DNA of 64,000 nucleotides from Nitrospirota bacterium (GCA_027021335.1 JALUUO010000108.1:17383-81382), one strand, 5' to 3'; counted from the first letter of the stretch, positions 1 through 10,394 are shown. Numbers and translations are program-made. The notes: generated from the sequence alone by a model not told the origin.

Positions 1-163
1 AATTTCTTAAACATCAAAAAAATCTGTGCGACTATGATAACAGATAAGATGGAATTATGGCAATGTTTTTTCATACATAATTTTTTTTCATATCAATGGT
101 GTAGTACAGCAGAGCACCCGGGAAAAAGTCAAGTTACAAGCCGATCCGCATTAAGAGTATCCA

Positions 164-1885
164 TCATTTATATATGGTTACAATCGGTTTATATCTAAAT
201 ACCCCCCTGTAAGTGAATGCCGCCACTATACTGCGTCCCTCGGTTTTTATCCTGACATTGTCTGGAAGCACAGGGTCTGCTCTGTTGGATATCACAACCA
301 CCGCATCGGCTATGAAGTTTTTTTTATCAGCAGGAACGTAGTACTCAGGGACTTCGTACTCCCAGGTAAACCTGAGTGAAGATGTTTTAACCCATTCCTC
401 CAAAATAGGTTTTTTGTAGTCATAAAAAATATTTTTATCAGTAAAGTAATCAAGGATAGGCACAGCGACAACCGGGTTGACCGCAGTTCTTTTCTGAGGC
501 AGAGTGAATACCTCTATGTTTTCAGCATCCAGAGTGTCCAGAAACAGGCCCGCATTTTTCATATTCATAGCGCTCATCCTCTGAAGTGAAGGCAAAAAGA
601 CAAATACCGCAATAACAATTGAGGAAACAAGAACACACGAAGCTATAAATCTCTTGACCTGCCTGTCCGTAATACAATGCAGTCCATAGGAGGCCATCAG
701 TGCAAGCATGGGGAAAACAACCATTACATAGCGGCTTCTGCGTATCTGAAGCAGAACCACAAGCAGCAATAGCCAGCTTATAATCAGGTATTTTAAGTCT
801 TTTTTCCTTAATGCCGCATAAACAGAATATAAAGCCGCAATTGTGATAAACGGATGCACCTGGTAACAAAAAGTAGACAAAAAGCTCTCTCCCCACCGTT
901 TCAAACCAGGCATTTGATACTTCCGAAGAAATATTATCTGCTCTGAAATCACATCAAATTTATATAAAACAACAGCTCCAATAAAAATAGACGAAACCAA
1001 AGCTACTAACAATCCCCGATAGAGAACATCACGGTTCATAGCCAGACGAAATACGCCGGGATTTTCAGTGCTCTGAGAAACAAGATAAACGAAAAAAACA
1101 ACGCCTGTAACAGAAAGCATCAGCCACGCCGAATATTTCGAAAAAAAGGCCAGAAATATGGAAACAGAGGCAAACAGTATCATATTTGCGCCTCCCCGCT
1201 CCATGGCTTTTATAAATGCAAAGATCACAAGAGTGAGAAAAAACATCACAGGCACATCAACAAGCATTAGAGGCACCTGTGTAAAAAGATAAGGCATTCC
1301 CAAAAGCATAAGCCCGGCATAAAAACCAAGGCTTTCATTCCAGAGAGTTTTACCTATCAGGCAGGTAAGCACAACGGTCATTGAAAAAAGAAGAGTCGTA
1401 AAAACCTGGATGTAAATTCTGGATTCACCAAAGAACTTAAAAATCAAGCCGTAAAAAAAAGACATTATCGGAAGGTCGGTCCAGATATTGATATCCCGGC
1501 CCCATTGAGTTATAAAATATTTTATTCCATATAGTTCAAGATGTTTGGCCTGTGTGAAATACCTTGAGATATCCACAATAACCTCGGGTTCTCGCCATAA
1601 AACCGCGCCCAGGCCAAAAGATAGAACAAACAGAAGTACGGATGAATACTGTTTGGGAAACGGAATTCTCAACAAAGCATACGAAGCAAGCATTCCAGTT
1701 ACAAGAATAAGAACAATTTTGCTTATGTCCAGACCTATAAACACCCACTTCCAGCTCGTAAGCCTGTTGTCGTCTAAAATCCGGAAAGTATAAAGACTCA
1801 GAAAAACGGACAAGGTAAGCAGCGAGATTATAAGAATATAGGCGTTTTTATTCTTAGAAGAGGGGGGAGCTGACATAATAATCAA
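164..1885 (-). CDS. Polytopic membrane glycosyltransferase, GT39/ArnT-PMT-like family
   Basis: 573-aa ORF that is hydrophobic through about 11-13 predicted TM segments, followed by a soluble C-terminal about 130 aa. This architecture is typical of lipid-linked-sugar glycosyltransferases. The start is uncertain (ATG 1885 or 1876). Confidence 0.5.
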   Translation of the reverse strand: MIIMSAPPSSKNKNAYILIISLLTLSVFLSLYTFRILDDNRLTSWKWVFIGLDISKIVLILVTGMLASYALLRIPFPKQYSSVLLFVLSFGLGAVLWREPEVIVDISRYFTQAKHLELYGIKYFITQWGRDINIWTDLPIMSFFYGLIFKFFGESRIYIQVFTTLLFSMTVVLTCLIGKTLWNESLGFYAGLMLLGMPYLFTQVPLMLVDVPVMFFLTLVIFAFIKAMERGGANMILFASVSIFLAFFSKYSAWLMLSVTGVVFFVYLVSQSTENPGVFRLAMNRDVLYRGLLVALVSSIFIGAVVLYKFDVISEQIIFLRKYQMPGLKRWGESFLSTFCYQVHPFITIAALYSVYAALRKKDLKYLIISWLLLLVVLLQIRRSRYVMVVFPMLALMASYGLHCITDRQVKRFIASCVLVSSIVIAVFVFLPSLQRMSAMNMKNAGLFLDTLDAENIEVFTLPQKRTAVNPVVAVPILDYFTDKNIFYDYKKPILEEWVKTSSLRFTWEYEVPEYYVPADKKNFIADAVVVISNRADPVLPDNVRIKTEGRSIVAAFTYRGVFRYKPIVTIYK

Positions 1886-1912
1886 ACAGAAAAGGGGGGC
1901 TTGACGCCCCCC
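1886..1912 (-). terminator. Rho-independent terminator downstream of the rhodanese gene
   Basis: On the - strand, GGGGGGC-GTCAA-GCCCCCC (7-bp GC stem) is followed by TTTTCTGTT. Confidence 0.6.
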
Positions 1913-1951
1913 TCCAGGTCATGAGTGAAAGTGGTGAAAATAAACTTAAAC

Positions 1952-2473
1952 TTATTTTTCGACCGGGAAGTTCTTTTTGGCGGCATTGCCGATAGCCTTC
2001 TTCATGAAATTGCCGCCCATGTAACCTTTACCCCAGGCGGTATATCCGAATGCCAGTACTTTGGCGTCATAGCCTAGAGCACGCAAGGCAACAACCGGAA
2101 GATTCTGGGTCTGACCGGTAAGACAGTAAAGAATAAGTTTCTTGTCTTTCGGAAGCTTCTTTAAGTTCTCGGGCTTTAACATTACGTTATACGGCATAAA
2201 TATGGCTCCGGGAATATGACCGGCTTTATACATCTTAATGGACGGTCTCACATCCACAACCAGAAAGTCATTCTTTTTTTCCTTTATCCACTGATTAAGC
2301 TGATCAGCCTTAACCTGCCAGTGCTTAGCCTTCATTCCCTTTTCCAGAACAGCATCAAGCTTAGCCGCAAGCGCTTCGTCATATGCCTGCACTGAAGGAA
2401 CAACCGCTGCCGACATCAAAAACAACCCAATTAATACTCCCAGAAACACTGCAATACTTCTTTTTTTCATCAC
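1952..2473 (-). CDS. Secreted rhodanese-domain sulfurtransferase
   Basis: Signal peptide MMKKRSIAVFLGVLIGLFLMSAAVVPSVQA. Rhodanese fold motifs VVDVRP...GHIPGA and active-site loop YCLTGQT. Confidence 0.75.
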   Translation of the reverse strand: MMKKRSIAVFLGVLIGLFLMSAAVVPSVQAYDEALAAKLDAVLEKGMKAKHWQVKADQLNQWIKEKKNDFLVVDVRPSIKMYKAGHIPGAIFMPYNVMLKPENLKKLPKDKKLILYCLTGQTQNLPVVALRALGYDAKVLAFGYTAWGKGYMGGNFMKKAIGNAAKKNFPVEK

Positions 2474-2586
2474 CTCAATACCTCCATCTTAAGATTTTTT
2501 GAGTTTTATATCTCCGGGTAAAACCCGGTTTTGCCGAACAATCACGCCGTCATACTTTTCTATATGAGTGGACAGATTATGACATA

Positions 2587-4209
2587 ATGACTCAAAATGT
2601 CAACCTGAACAAACTGCATATTCCAGAGTGCCGGAGGCCAACCAAAATGATAGAAGAAAAGCCCGGGGCAATCCTCAATCCTTCATCATCAAACCTTCCT
2701 CCTTTGGTTACGGACTTATTAAAACCGGAGCAATACCCTCACAACCCAAAAAACATTACTCTTGTCCAAACTCATATTTCATATGTTTTCATTGCAGACA
2801 CTTATGTTTACAAAATAAAAAAACCTGTTAATTTCGGTTTTCTGGACTTCAGTTCCCAGGAGAAAAGAAGGTATTTTTGTGAAGAGGAAAACCGGCTCAA
2901 CCGTCGCACATCAAAAGACATATATCTTAAGGTTGTGGACATATCCGAAAAAAATGGCCGATACTTCCCTGAAGATTCTTCAAACCCGGTCGAAGCCGCA
3001 GTGAAAATGAGACGTCTGCCGGATGAACTGATGTTTTACAACCTGATTCTGGTAAACAGGGTAACGGATGAGATGCTTAGCCGGATAGCCGGCACAATTG
3101 CAGACTTTCACCTTAATGCAGAAACCAGCGAAGATATCTCCCGCTATGGAGGGTTCGATTTAATTCAGAGCCATTCTATTGAAAACTTCGAACAGATCAA
3201 GCCATACATCGGAAAAACGATAGAACTGGGCCTGTATAAAAGCCTCCTGGCTCAGACTACGAAGTTTATAACCGAAAATAAAAAAAAGTTTCTATCCAGA
3301 GTTGAAAACGGCTGCATAAGGGACTGCCACGGAGACCTTCGCCCTAAGCATATATTTGTGAGCGACCGAATAGATATAATCGACTGCATCGAATTCAACC
3401 AATCTTACCGTCTGCAAGACACGGCCTCTGATATCGCCTTCCTGACAATGGAGCTGGATTATATGCGCCGCTCAGATTTATCCATAACTATATTAAATGA
3501 TTACCTCTCGTATACCGCGGACTATGATATGGTTTCTGTTATAAACTTCTATAAGACTTACCGTGCCATAGTTCGCGGTAAAGTGGCTTCTATGACGGCT
3601 TCCGACAAAAGCATACCGACAGAAGCCCGGCAAGAGGCGGCCGGACAGGCTAAAAAATTCTTTCACCTGGCTGAAAACTATACAAGAAAAAAGGAGATAG
3701 AGAAGAAACACCTCACCCTGGTTATTACCTGCGGTTTAAGCGGCAGCGGAAAATCAAGAGCCGCTGGCAAGCTTGCCAAAGAGATAGGGGCGATCGTTAT
3801 AAGGTCAGACTCGGTCAGAAAATCGCTTGCAGGCCTGCAGGTGACAAAACATTATAAATACGGTTTTGAAGAGGGGATCTATTCAAATAAAGATTCAGAA
3901 CGAACCTATAAGAGAATGCTTGATCAAGCTAAAAAAGCTCTCATGGCCGGCTGGCCGGTTATTCTTGATGCCACTTTCGGCAAACGCAGGTTCAGAGATG
4001 ATGCCAGGGCTCTATCCCAAAAAACAGGTGTACAGTTTCGCATTCTATGGTGCGAAGCGCCAATTGCCGTTCTAAGAGAAAGGCTGTCAAAGAGGCTCAC
4101 CAGCCCCGGCAAATTATCACATGAACCATCAGACGCAGGGCCGGAAATACTGGAACTTCAGGCACGCGGCTTTGAGCCTTTAAACGATGAAGAGAAAAAA
4201 TTCACTTGA
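2587..4209 (+). CDS. Bifunctional aminoglycoside-phosphotransferase-like kinase / P-loop (AAA_33-type) kinase fusion
   Basis: N-terminal APH/ELK catalytic loop CHGDLRPKHIFV and IDCIEFN. C-terminal Walker A GLSGSGKS. Confidence 0.7.
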   Translation: MTQNVNLNKLHIPECRRPTKMIEEKPGAILNPSSSNLPPLVTDLLKPEQYPHNPKNITLVQTHISYVFIADTYVYKIKKPVNFGFLDFSSQEKRRYFCEEENRLNRRTSKDIYLKVVDISEKNGRYFPEDSSNPVEAAVKMRRLPDELMFYNLILVNRVTDEMLSRIAGTIADFHLNAETSEDISRYGGFDLIQSHSIENFEQIKPYIGKTIELGLYKSLLAQTTKFITENKKKFLSRVENGCIRDCHGDLRPKHIFVSDRIDIIDCIEFNQSYRLQDTASDIAFLTMELDYMRRSDLSITILNDYLSYTADYDMVSVINFYKTYRAIVRGKVASMTASDKSIPTEARQEAAGQAKKFFHLAENYTRKKEIEKKHLTLVITCGLSGSGKSRAAGKLAKEIGAIVIRSDSVRKSLAGLQVTKHYKYGFEEGIYSNKDSERTYKRMLDQAKKALMAGWPVILDATFGKRRFRDDARALSQKTGVQFRILWCEAPIAVLRERLSKRLTSPGKLSHEPSDAGPEILELQARGFEPLNDEEKKFT

Positions 4210-7200
4210 TCTCTTCATCCAGCCAGGCCTTGGGCTCTGTAATCATCATAAGAGGCGGGTCAAACTGTATTTCAATGATAGTTCCGTTTGAAGACTGCAT
4301 GAACCCTTTTGCACCGCCAGACTTATTCACCTGGACACTTACGGATGAAGGCATACCCTCGCCGGCTTTTATAACTCTTGCGACGGCCTCTTGTGTGCCT
4401 GAAGCAGCCACTTTTTCTTTCTGGGCTTCAAATGTGTAATCTTTATAAGCCGAGCCTGTCTTGTAGTAAACCGAGTACAGGTTACTTTCGCCTCCAAGAC
4501 TGCACGCCGCGGCATCAGGCATAAACGTCGGCCAGACCACCAGGCCTCCAACAACCGCAGGCGAAGTAATCACTCTTTCGCCGGTGTGGGTAAGAACCTG
4601 CCCTTCGAAATCTACGGATTCAACAAGACTGCTGCTGTTATGGTAAATTGCCCAACCATCGTAATTCTCTACAATATTGGTCTCAAGCGTGCTGAAATCA
4701 GTACCCGTACAAGTTGTTGCATCAGCATTCTCCGCGCATATAACTACATCAGAGACATCAAGAAGATTTGTGTACTCATTAAAACACGAGCCGTCCCAGC
4801 AAAGGTCTTTGACCCCGTAAAATCCGCTGTTTGTCGGCTGATTTTTGTCGGCCGAGCCAAGAAACTGCCCGGTTCCGAAAAAGACCCATAATTTTCCGAC
4901 CTCATCCAGCACAGCAACAGGAGCAGATGTTACCCGCCTCGCCTTATCGTTGCCGGATGTGTCGATTTTACTGATGTCTGCAAGAGTCGAAAGTGTCCAG
5001 CTTGATGGGCTGTTAAAAGTTCCATTACCGGTAGTAAGTCTCAGCATCTTTGTATTCCATATCGGCACACATGTTGCCGGAGATGCGCAATCTGCGTCGG
5101 TATTACAACTTGCCACCAGTGAGTCACTACATACATTACCGCCGGCCTGATAGTTTTCAGCAATATATATCGCATCCACAGCATAATCAAGGTCAACATC
5201 CACGGTTATAGGGTTAGACATAAAAGCGTTCGCGCCACTACCACTAGTGGCAGGGAATTTCCAGAAATTTGTACCCTCTATCCACGAACTTATTACACCG
5301 TTTGTGCCTGAGGAAATTTTAAGCACGTAGATGTTTCCAGGCTGAAAAGCCGTAAGGTTGGAATTGGTGTCGTAGTTTGTAGGACCGGAGCCGAATATCG
5401 CAAACCACTCACAGTTGGCGCCGCTGGAATCACATGTTCTTGCCACTGCCGGGTAAGACATGCTAAGGCCAAGGTCTGGATCGGAAAATGTCCAGAGAAC
5501 TCTGGGGTTCTTAGGATCGGTTACATCAAGTGCAAAGTATTCCGGAGTAGTGTTGATACTTTCCTTTGCTCCATACCTGAGCCCGCCGATAAGAATTGTT
5601 CCCCAGCCTAGAGCCTCACCGTCAAGCCCTATGTGCGTAGTGGTGTCACGCGTAAAAATCTTCACATCGGACACCTTCGGCTGCAGATCCACGTAATAGA
5701 CATGGGTGTAATCATTACGCATAAGCAGGCTGAGATCAGGAAGAACACCGCGAGGAACAAAACCCCATAGTTCATCGCCAAGTTCCGGTGAACTTGCATC
5801 GCCGGCACATTCGGTATCGTCAATCTCCCATGATTTATCGCTGTCACCACCCTTGCAGTACCTTAACTTATTGATGTCGTAGAAGCCGGCGTTAAAAGCA
5901 TGAAGCATTCCATCGTTTGCACCGGCATACACCACATGTCTTCTATCAATATAGTTGAGTTTAAAGTAGTAATAAGATAAGTCATTGTATAAAAGATCAT
6001 AATTTTCTTTGGGCTGAGGCACCACCATGGGTGTGGAATAAACCAGGTCTCCAAGCTTCCAAACCCTTGTTTCCGGGGCAATAGGTCCGTTGCCGTCTAA
6101 GTCAAGCAACATATCTCTTGATCTGTATTCCGAGACATCTATCCCCCTTATATAATTTATTATGTCGGCCGCATCAGCAGATGACCCCACACCCAGTGCC
6201 GCCTGAAGATCTGTAACCGCAGCGTTCCCATCATGAAAAGTTCCCTTGATCAGGTCTTCACTCAAACCTGTCGAATCATAACCATTCAACGTGGTAAATA
6301 TCTTTCTGGAATTCGCATCCCCGGCCCACAACCTCTCTCCGGCATCCCAGATAGTATTTATATCATCCAGGCTAACCGTAATCGCCGTACCAGTAGGATT
6401 GCCCTGGTCATCCACCCCGCCGGGATAGCGGTTTACCTTGGTTTCAGCTGCGGCCAAATCAAAATACATGCTGATAATAGTATTTGCATCGGTACAGCCA
6501 ACCGGATCGTCAGGTCCGTAGCAAAGCCTGGCATCACCTCTTGAATCCTCCCTTATGTTGCCGTGTTTGTCCAGGAAAAGCCCATGCACGTTGCCGACCC
6601 ATGCCACGCCATTTTTCTTAGGATTAAAATAAGCCTGATAAACAGCGCCTTCCCCATCGCCTGATGTCGAAAGCACGGCCGATGAAGTGCCCGAAGAGGC
6701 TCTTTCGAGTATGGAGTTGATCGCTGTCATAAGGCTATCGTAAAGCACTGAACCCTCACCGGCCTCAAAGTAATTATCAGGAATATTCTGGGCATCTCCG
6801 TCCTGGTTCCATTCAGACTGCAGATCCGGAAGATTATTGTTATTCTGATCAATAAAACCACCGTACTTGGCGCTTGTAGAGAGAATAGCCCTGCCAACGC
6901 CGGATTCGTCAAAGGCGAAAACTGTATAGGTTGTAATATGCTGTGTTCCTTCAAGGTCAGGCCTAAGGTCAGTTTTATGGGCATAGAAAGCCACTCCCTC
7001 AAGATAATAAGTGCCCTCCATGGAGTTTGCCGCCGTATCATACTCATCTGCCCAGGGTAAACCCGCCAGGTTTGTTAAAGATGCAGTAGTAGCCAGTTCG
7101 TTTGCCGCAATCGAATCCATATAGGTTTTAACATCAAAGTTTGAATCAGAAACCTGGGCTACCGTCCCGCTCCAGAATCCACCCGGAATATTCATATCTT

Positions 7201-9409
7201 TGGTCGATTCGCCGTCTGTAAGCACAATCATGAAATTATCCTGACACCAGTATTCAATCGGATCCACGCTTGGATAGTCATCAACTTCGTAGGCAGGACC
7301 AGCGGCTGCCTGCTGGTAATAACGCACAGCCTCGTACATAGTTTCGGCCAGTGGCGTCCAGGTACTCGGGTCTTCGCTTTCGATGTTGGTAACAAGATCA
7401 GTAAGAGGGCCGCCCAGTTCTGTTTTGACATAACCTCCATCCTCTTGGGTACTGCCTCCGTCTTCATACTTTTTCCCGGTAGCGTTAAAAAACATCAGGC
7501 CCCACCTTACCCGGTCGTATGTCTTCTGCACTATTCCTTCAGGCACAGTGGTGCCGACATTAATAACCACCCTGTAAACACTTACATTGTTTCTGTTACA
7601 AGCACCGAATCTCGGGTCGGTACAGACACGGAACACCGAGTAACCATTCTCTGAATATACCCTGTAGGTCTGGCCGCCGTACCCTTTCCATCTGTTCCTG
7701 TCCGCTTTTGGAGCAGCTATAAGAAAATTATCCGTGCTTGGATCACGCGGTTCAACCTTACCGCCCACCAGAACCTTTCTTGCCACATCCACTCTTCGCA
7801 TGGTAAGCCAGTTAAGAAAACAGCCTTCCCATACTCCGGCAGGATCTTTGAAAAAATACTCTTCATTCAACGCAGGGACAGGGCTTGGGTTTGACTCGGC
7901 ATTACCATAATAAGAGTACATTATTTGCGATGCGTCATCAGGGTTGCATTCGAAATATCCGTAATAGTTGGTGGAAGGATCAAAATTAGTATCACTGTTC
8001 ATGCGCCTGTTCGATCTGCCCGGTTTTTTGTAGGCGAATTCGTACATGCTTCCGGAGTTGTCAAGAACAAGAAGAATATTAGGTTTAACCAGCTCCTGCG
8101 TAAGAACAAAAGGCGGGTATGCCGTCTTCTCAATTATATCGACTGAACAACCGCTTGCGTCACCTATAATGCTGATCGAAAAAGACTTCCGCCTGGTAAC
8201 ACCGTTAGCGTCTGATATGGACACCGTAAAAGAGAAGTCGCCTACTGCTGTTGGAATTCCTGTTATGCTTGTAGAGGGGGTGCCAAGAGCTGTCAACTCA
8301 AGTCCCGGCGGCAAAGACCCGGCCAAAACATTCCAGGCATAAGGCGTGGTGCCTCCTTCTCCGGTTACAGTAGCGGAATAAGAAACACAGGCATTACTAT
8401 CCGTAGGCAGACTGTTTGTAAGAATTATAAGATCGTTTTGGGCAATATAAAGATCGAACCATTTACTGGTGAAATTGGCGCCGTCGGTAAGCTCCACAAG
8501 AAAGTAATATGAGCCTTCCGCTGTCGGCAGACCGGATAACACGCCGCTTTCAGACAAGTTTAGACCGGGAGGAAAATCAGAATCAGCAGGGACCGTCCAT
8601 ACATAGCCGGCAGAATCACCTCCGGTGCCAGCAAGGGTGACACTGTAACTACTGCCTTCCAGCCCATCCGGAAGAGGGGAAGGTGTTGTTATCAAAATAT
8701 TGCTGATATTTATAGTAAAATCCGTCGAAAAGGTTTTACCGGCTGCATCCGTAAGCTCCACCGTGAAGGCCCATGTCCCAAGTGCTGTCGGGTACCCGCT
8801 GATTACAAGAGGGTTTCCGACCCACGTCCCCGATGTTTGAGAAGCTCCGTATGTCAGACCCGTGGGCAGGCTGCCGCTGATAAGGTTCCAGGTATACGGA
8901 GTTATGCCATAAACTCCGGTTATATCAACGCTGTAAAAATTGTTAGTGCCATCAGACAGCAACCCGTCAGGCAGGTTTATTGTAGTTATAACCGGATCAC
9001 CAGAGGATAGAATCGATATAGTAAACGATCTGACTATTGTTTCGAGGCCGCCTCGAGGACCAGTTCCGCAATCCGCAGTCAACGTCAGATCAAATGAAAA
9101 ATCACCAACCACGGTCGGAGTTCCGCTTATCACAATAGGATTTCCGTCCCAATTTCCTGAAGTCTGGGAACTTCCGTACGTCAAACCATCCGGCAGACTG
9201 CCGCTTGAGAGGTTCCATACGTAATCGACACAATTTTCGCCTGTAATTGACTCGCTGTATATGACGCCGGTAGCGCCGTCAGCAAGAGCGCCGCCATCCG
9301 GAGTCATTGCTAGCTGAGCGATAGCATTGCCTGTAAACAGGAAAAAAAACAGAGAGATAAAAAATAAAAACGATATATAATTTACAGTTCTTTTTATAAT
9401 CAGTTTCAT
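4202..9409 (-). CDS. pilY1: Giant type IV pilus tip adhesin PilY1-like protein (signal peptide, 4 Ig-like He_PIG repeats, vWA domain, PilY1 beta-propeller)
   Basis: Signal peptide ending AIA|Q. Four repeats of the form Y.W....GSLP.GL...G.P...G.(F/Y).F.V..(T/S)D at aa 36-416. vWA MIDAS residues DNSGSM and LTDGES. PilY1/PilC signature VYAGANDGMLHAFNAG. Last gene of the minor-pilin operon. Confidence 0.8.
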   Translation of the reverse strand: MKLIIKRTVNYISFLFFISLFFFLFTGNAIAQLAMTPDGGALADGATGVIYSESITGENCVDYVWNLSSGSLPDGLTYGSSQTSGNWDGNPIVISGTPTVVGDFSFDLTLTADCGTGPRGGLETIVRSFTISILSSGDPVITTINLPDGLLSDGTNNFYSVDITGVYGITPYTWNLISGSLPTGLTYGASQTSGTWVGNPLVISGYPTALGTWAFTVELTDAAGKTFSTDFTINISNILITTPSPLPDGLEGSSYSVTLAGTGGDSAGYVWTVPADSDFPPGLNLSESGVLSGLPTAEGSYYFLVELTDGANFTSKWFDLYIAQNDLIILTNSLPTDSNACVSYSATVTGEGGTTPYAWNVLAGSLPPGLELTALGTPSTSITGIPTAVGDFSFTVSISDANGVTRRKSFSISIIGDASGCSVDIIEKTAYPPFVLTQELVKPNILLVLDNSGSMYEFAYKKPGRSNRRMNSDTNFDPSTNYYGYFECNPDDASQIMYSYYGNAESNPSPVPALNEEYFFKDPAGVWEGCFLNWLTMRRVDVARKVLVGGKVEPRDPSTDNFLIAAPKADRNRWKGYGGQTYRVYSENGYSVFRVCTDPRFGACNRNNVSVYRVVINVGTTVPEGIVQKTYDRVRWGLMFFNATGKKYEDGGSTQEDGGYVKTELGGPLTDLVTNIESEDPSTWTPLAETMYEAVRYYQQAAAGPAYEVDDYPSVDPIEYWCQDNFMIVLTDGESTKDMNIPGGFWSGTVAQVSDSNFDVKTYMDSIAANELATTASLTNLAGLPWADEYDTAANSMEGTYYLEGVAFYAHKTDLRPDLEGTQHITTYTVFAFDESGVGRAILSTSAKYGGFIDQNNNNLPDLQSEWNQDGDAQNIPDNYFEAGEGSVLYDSLMTAINSILERASSGTSSAVLSTSGDGEGAVYQAYFNPKKNGVAWVGNVHGLFLDKHGNIREDSRGDARLCYGPDDPVGCTDANTIISMYFDLAAAETKVNRYPGGVDDQGNPTGTAITVSLDDINTIWDAGERLWAGDANSRKIFTTLNGYDSTGLSEDLIKGTFHDGNAAVTDLQAALGVGSSADAADIINYIRGIDVSEYRSRDMLLDLDGNGPIAPETRVWKLGDLVYSTPMVVPQPKENYDLLYNDLSYYYFKLNYIDRRHVVYAGANDGMLHAFNAGFYDINKLRYCKGGDSDKSWEIDDTECAGDASSPELGDELWGFVPRGVLPDLSLLMRNDYTHVYYVDLQPKVSDVKIFTRDTTTHIGLDGEALGWGTILIGGLRYGAKESINTTPEYFALDVTDPKNPRVLWTFSDPDLGLSMSYPAVARTCDSSGANCEWFAIFGSGPTNYDTNSNLTAFQPGNIYVLKISSGTNGVISSWIEGTNFWKFPATSGSGANAFMSNPITVDVDLDYAVDAIYIAENYQAGGNVCSDSLVASCNTDADCASPATCVPIWNTKMLRLTTGNGTFNSPSSWTLSTLADISKIDTSGNDKARRVTSAPVAVLDEVGKLWVFFGTGQFLGSADKNQPTNSGFYGVKDLCWDGSCFNEYTNLLDVSDVVICAENADATTCTGTDFSTLETNIVENYDGWAIYHNSSSLVESVDFEGQVLTHTGERVITSPAVVGGLVVWPTFMPDAAACSLGGESNLYSVYYKTGSAYKDYTFEAQKEKVAASGTQEAVARVIKAGEGMPSSVSVQVNKSGGAKGFMQSSNGTIIEIQFDPPLMMITEPKAWLDEEIK

Positions 9410-9420
9410 AGCATCACCTT

Positions 9421-9720
9421 TTATTGAGCGGTTCCGAAGATCCGGATCTCGACTATTTCACCTTTTTTTTCTTTGAAGTAAATTTTCTCGACTGCCCTGA
9501 GCAGCTCGGAGCTGGATCCTAGTTGATCACCATATAGGGTCTTGATAAGCATTGTTCTGCCGGGTTTGTGAAGCTTTCCATCAATTTCTATAAATCTTGT
9601 AGTAATCCCGGTGATCGTCCCTTTTTTCCATTCAGGGGAAGCAAAAGTCTCGGGAAATGCATTCGCGGCCAGCCCGGTGAAAAACAGAGCCGCCAGTAGT
9701 AGTATCCTTAGAGCCTTCAT
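9421..9720 (-). CDS. Small secreted protein of unknown function inside the minor-pilin operon
   Basis: 99 aa with signal peptide MKALRILLLAALFFTGLAANA. Lies 11 nt upstream of the pilY1 start. I recognise no family. Confidence 0.5.
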   Translation of the reverse strand: MKALRILLLAALFFTGLAANAFPETFASPEWKKGTITGITTRFIEIDGKLHKPGRTMLIKTLYGDQLGSSSELLRAVEKIYFKEKKGEIVEIRIFGTAQ

Positions 9721-9781
9721 AACCGTTTATCTCCTTTATTCAGCGATATATACGCCCGAACAATCAAACTACTTCTTACCT

Positions 9782-10357
9782 CTACTCCCAGGAAACACGC
9801 TGGAAAACCGTGCCCACAGCCGCATTGGCGCCGCTGCCGTCACTGCTTTTGCTATTCACCCTGTAACACGTTACAGTACGGGCGCCGGCACTGCCGGAAG
9901 CAACACCAGAATATGCAGAAGCAAATTGCCTGCCGCCGCCACCCATGGTATCGCAGTTGTACATCAGGTCTATATCAACCGTTACAGTTGTGCCGTCACT
10001 ACTGTCAAACTCAATGTCGGCGTTATTTAGGTGAAGGTTGTCGGTCGGATCAAAATGCCTGACTCTCAACTCCATGTTTAGGTCTACCGCCTCCTGGGCG
10101 GTCAGGTAAGCTTTAAACTCTCCAAGAGTCGGTCTTGACACCACAGCGTCCGTCACTTTCTGACCAAGCTGAACCCCATGTTCTCCTTCGTAAAAATGCT
10201 TTGTTTTTACCCTTATATTGCCCGCAAGCATGTTTTCCACAGTTGTCGAACTTATGCCGGCAATACCGATTATCGTAAGCACAAGAAGAAGGGCAAGGGA
10301 AACCGCCATTATGAATCCGTCCTGGGTTTTTATGTTATTTTCATTTGCTTTTAACAT
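9782..10357 (-). CDS. pilX: PilX-like type IV pilus minor pilin
   Basis: PilX_N-type hydrophobic N-terminus QDGFIMAVSLALLLVLTIIGIAGISSTTVENMLAGN. SD GAGGAG lies upstream. Operon position is after pilW. Confidence 0.65.
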   Translation of the reverse strand: MLKANENNIKTQDGFIMAVSLALLLVLTIIGIAGISSTTVENMLAGNIRVKTKHFYEGEHGVQLGQKVTDAVVSRPTLGEFKAYLTAQEAVDLNMELRVRHFDPTDNLHLNNADIEFDSSDGTTVTVDIDLMYNCDTMGGGGRQFASAYSGVASGSAGARTVTCYRVNSKSSDGSGANAAVGTVFQRVSWE

Positions 10358-10394
10358 CTAAAGGATCTCCTCAGTGCCGCTTATATAAAAGAGA

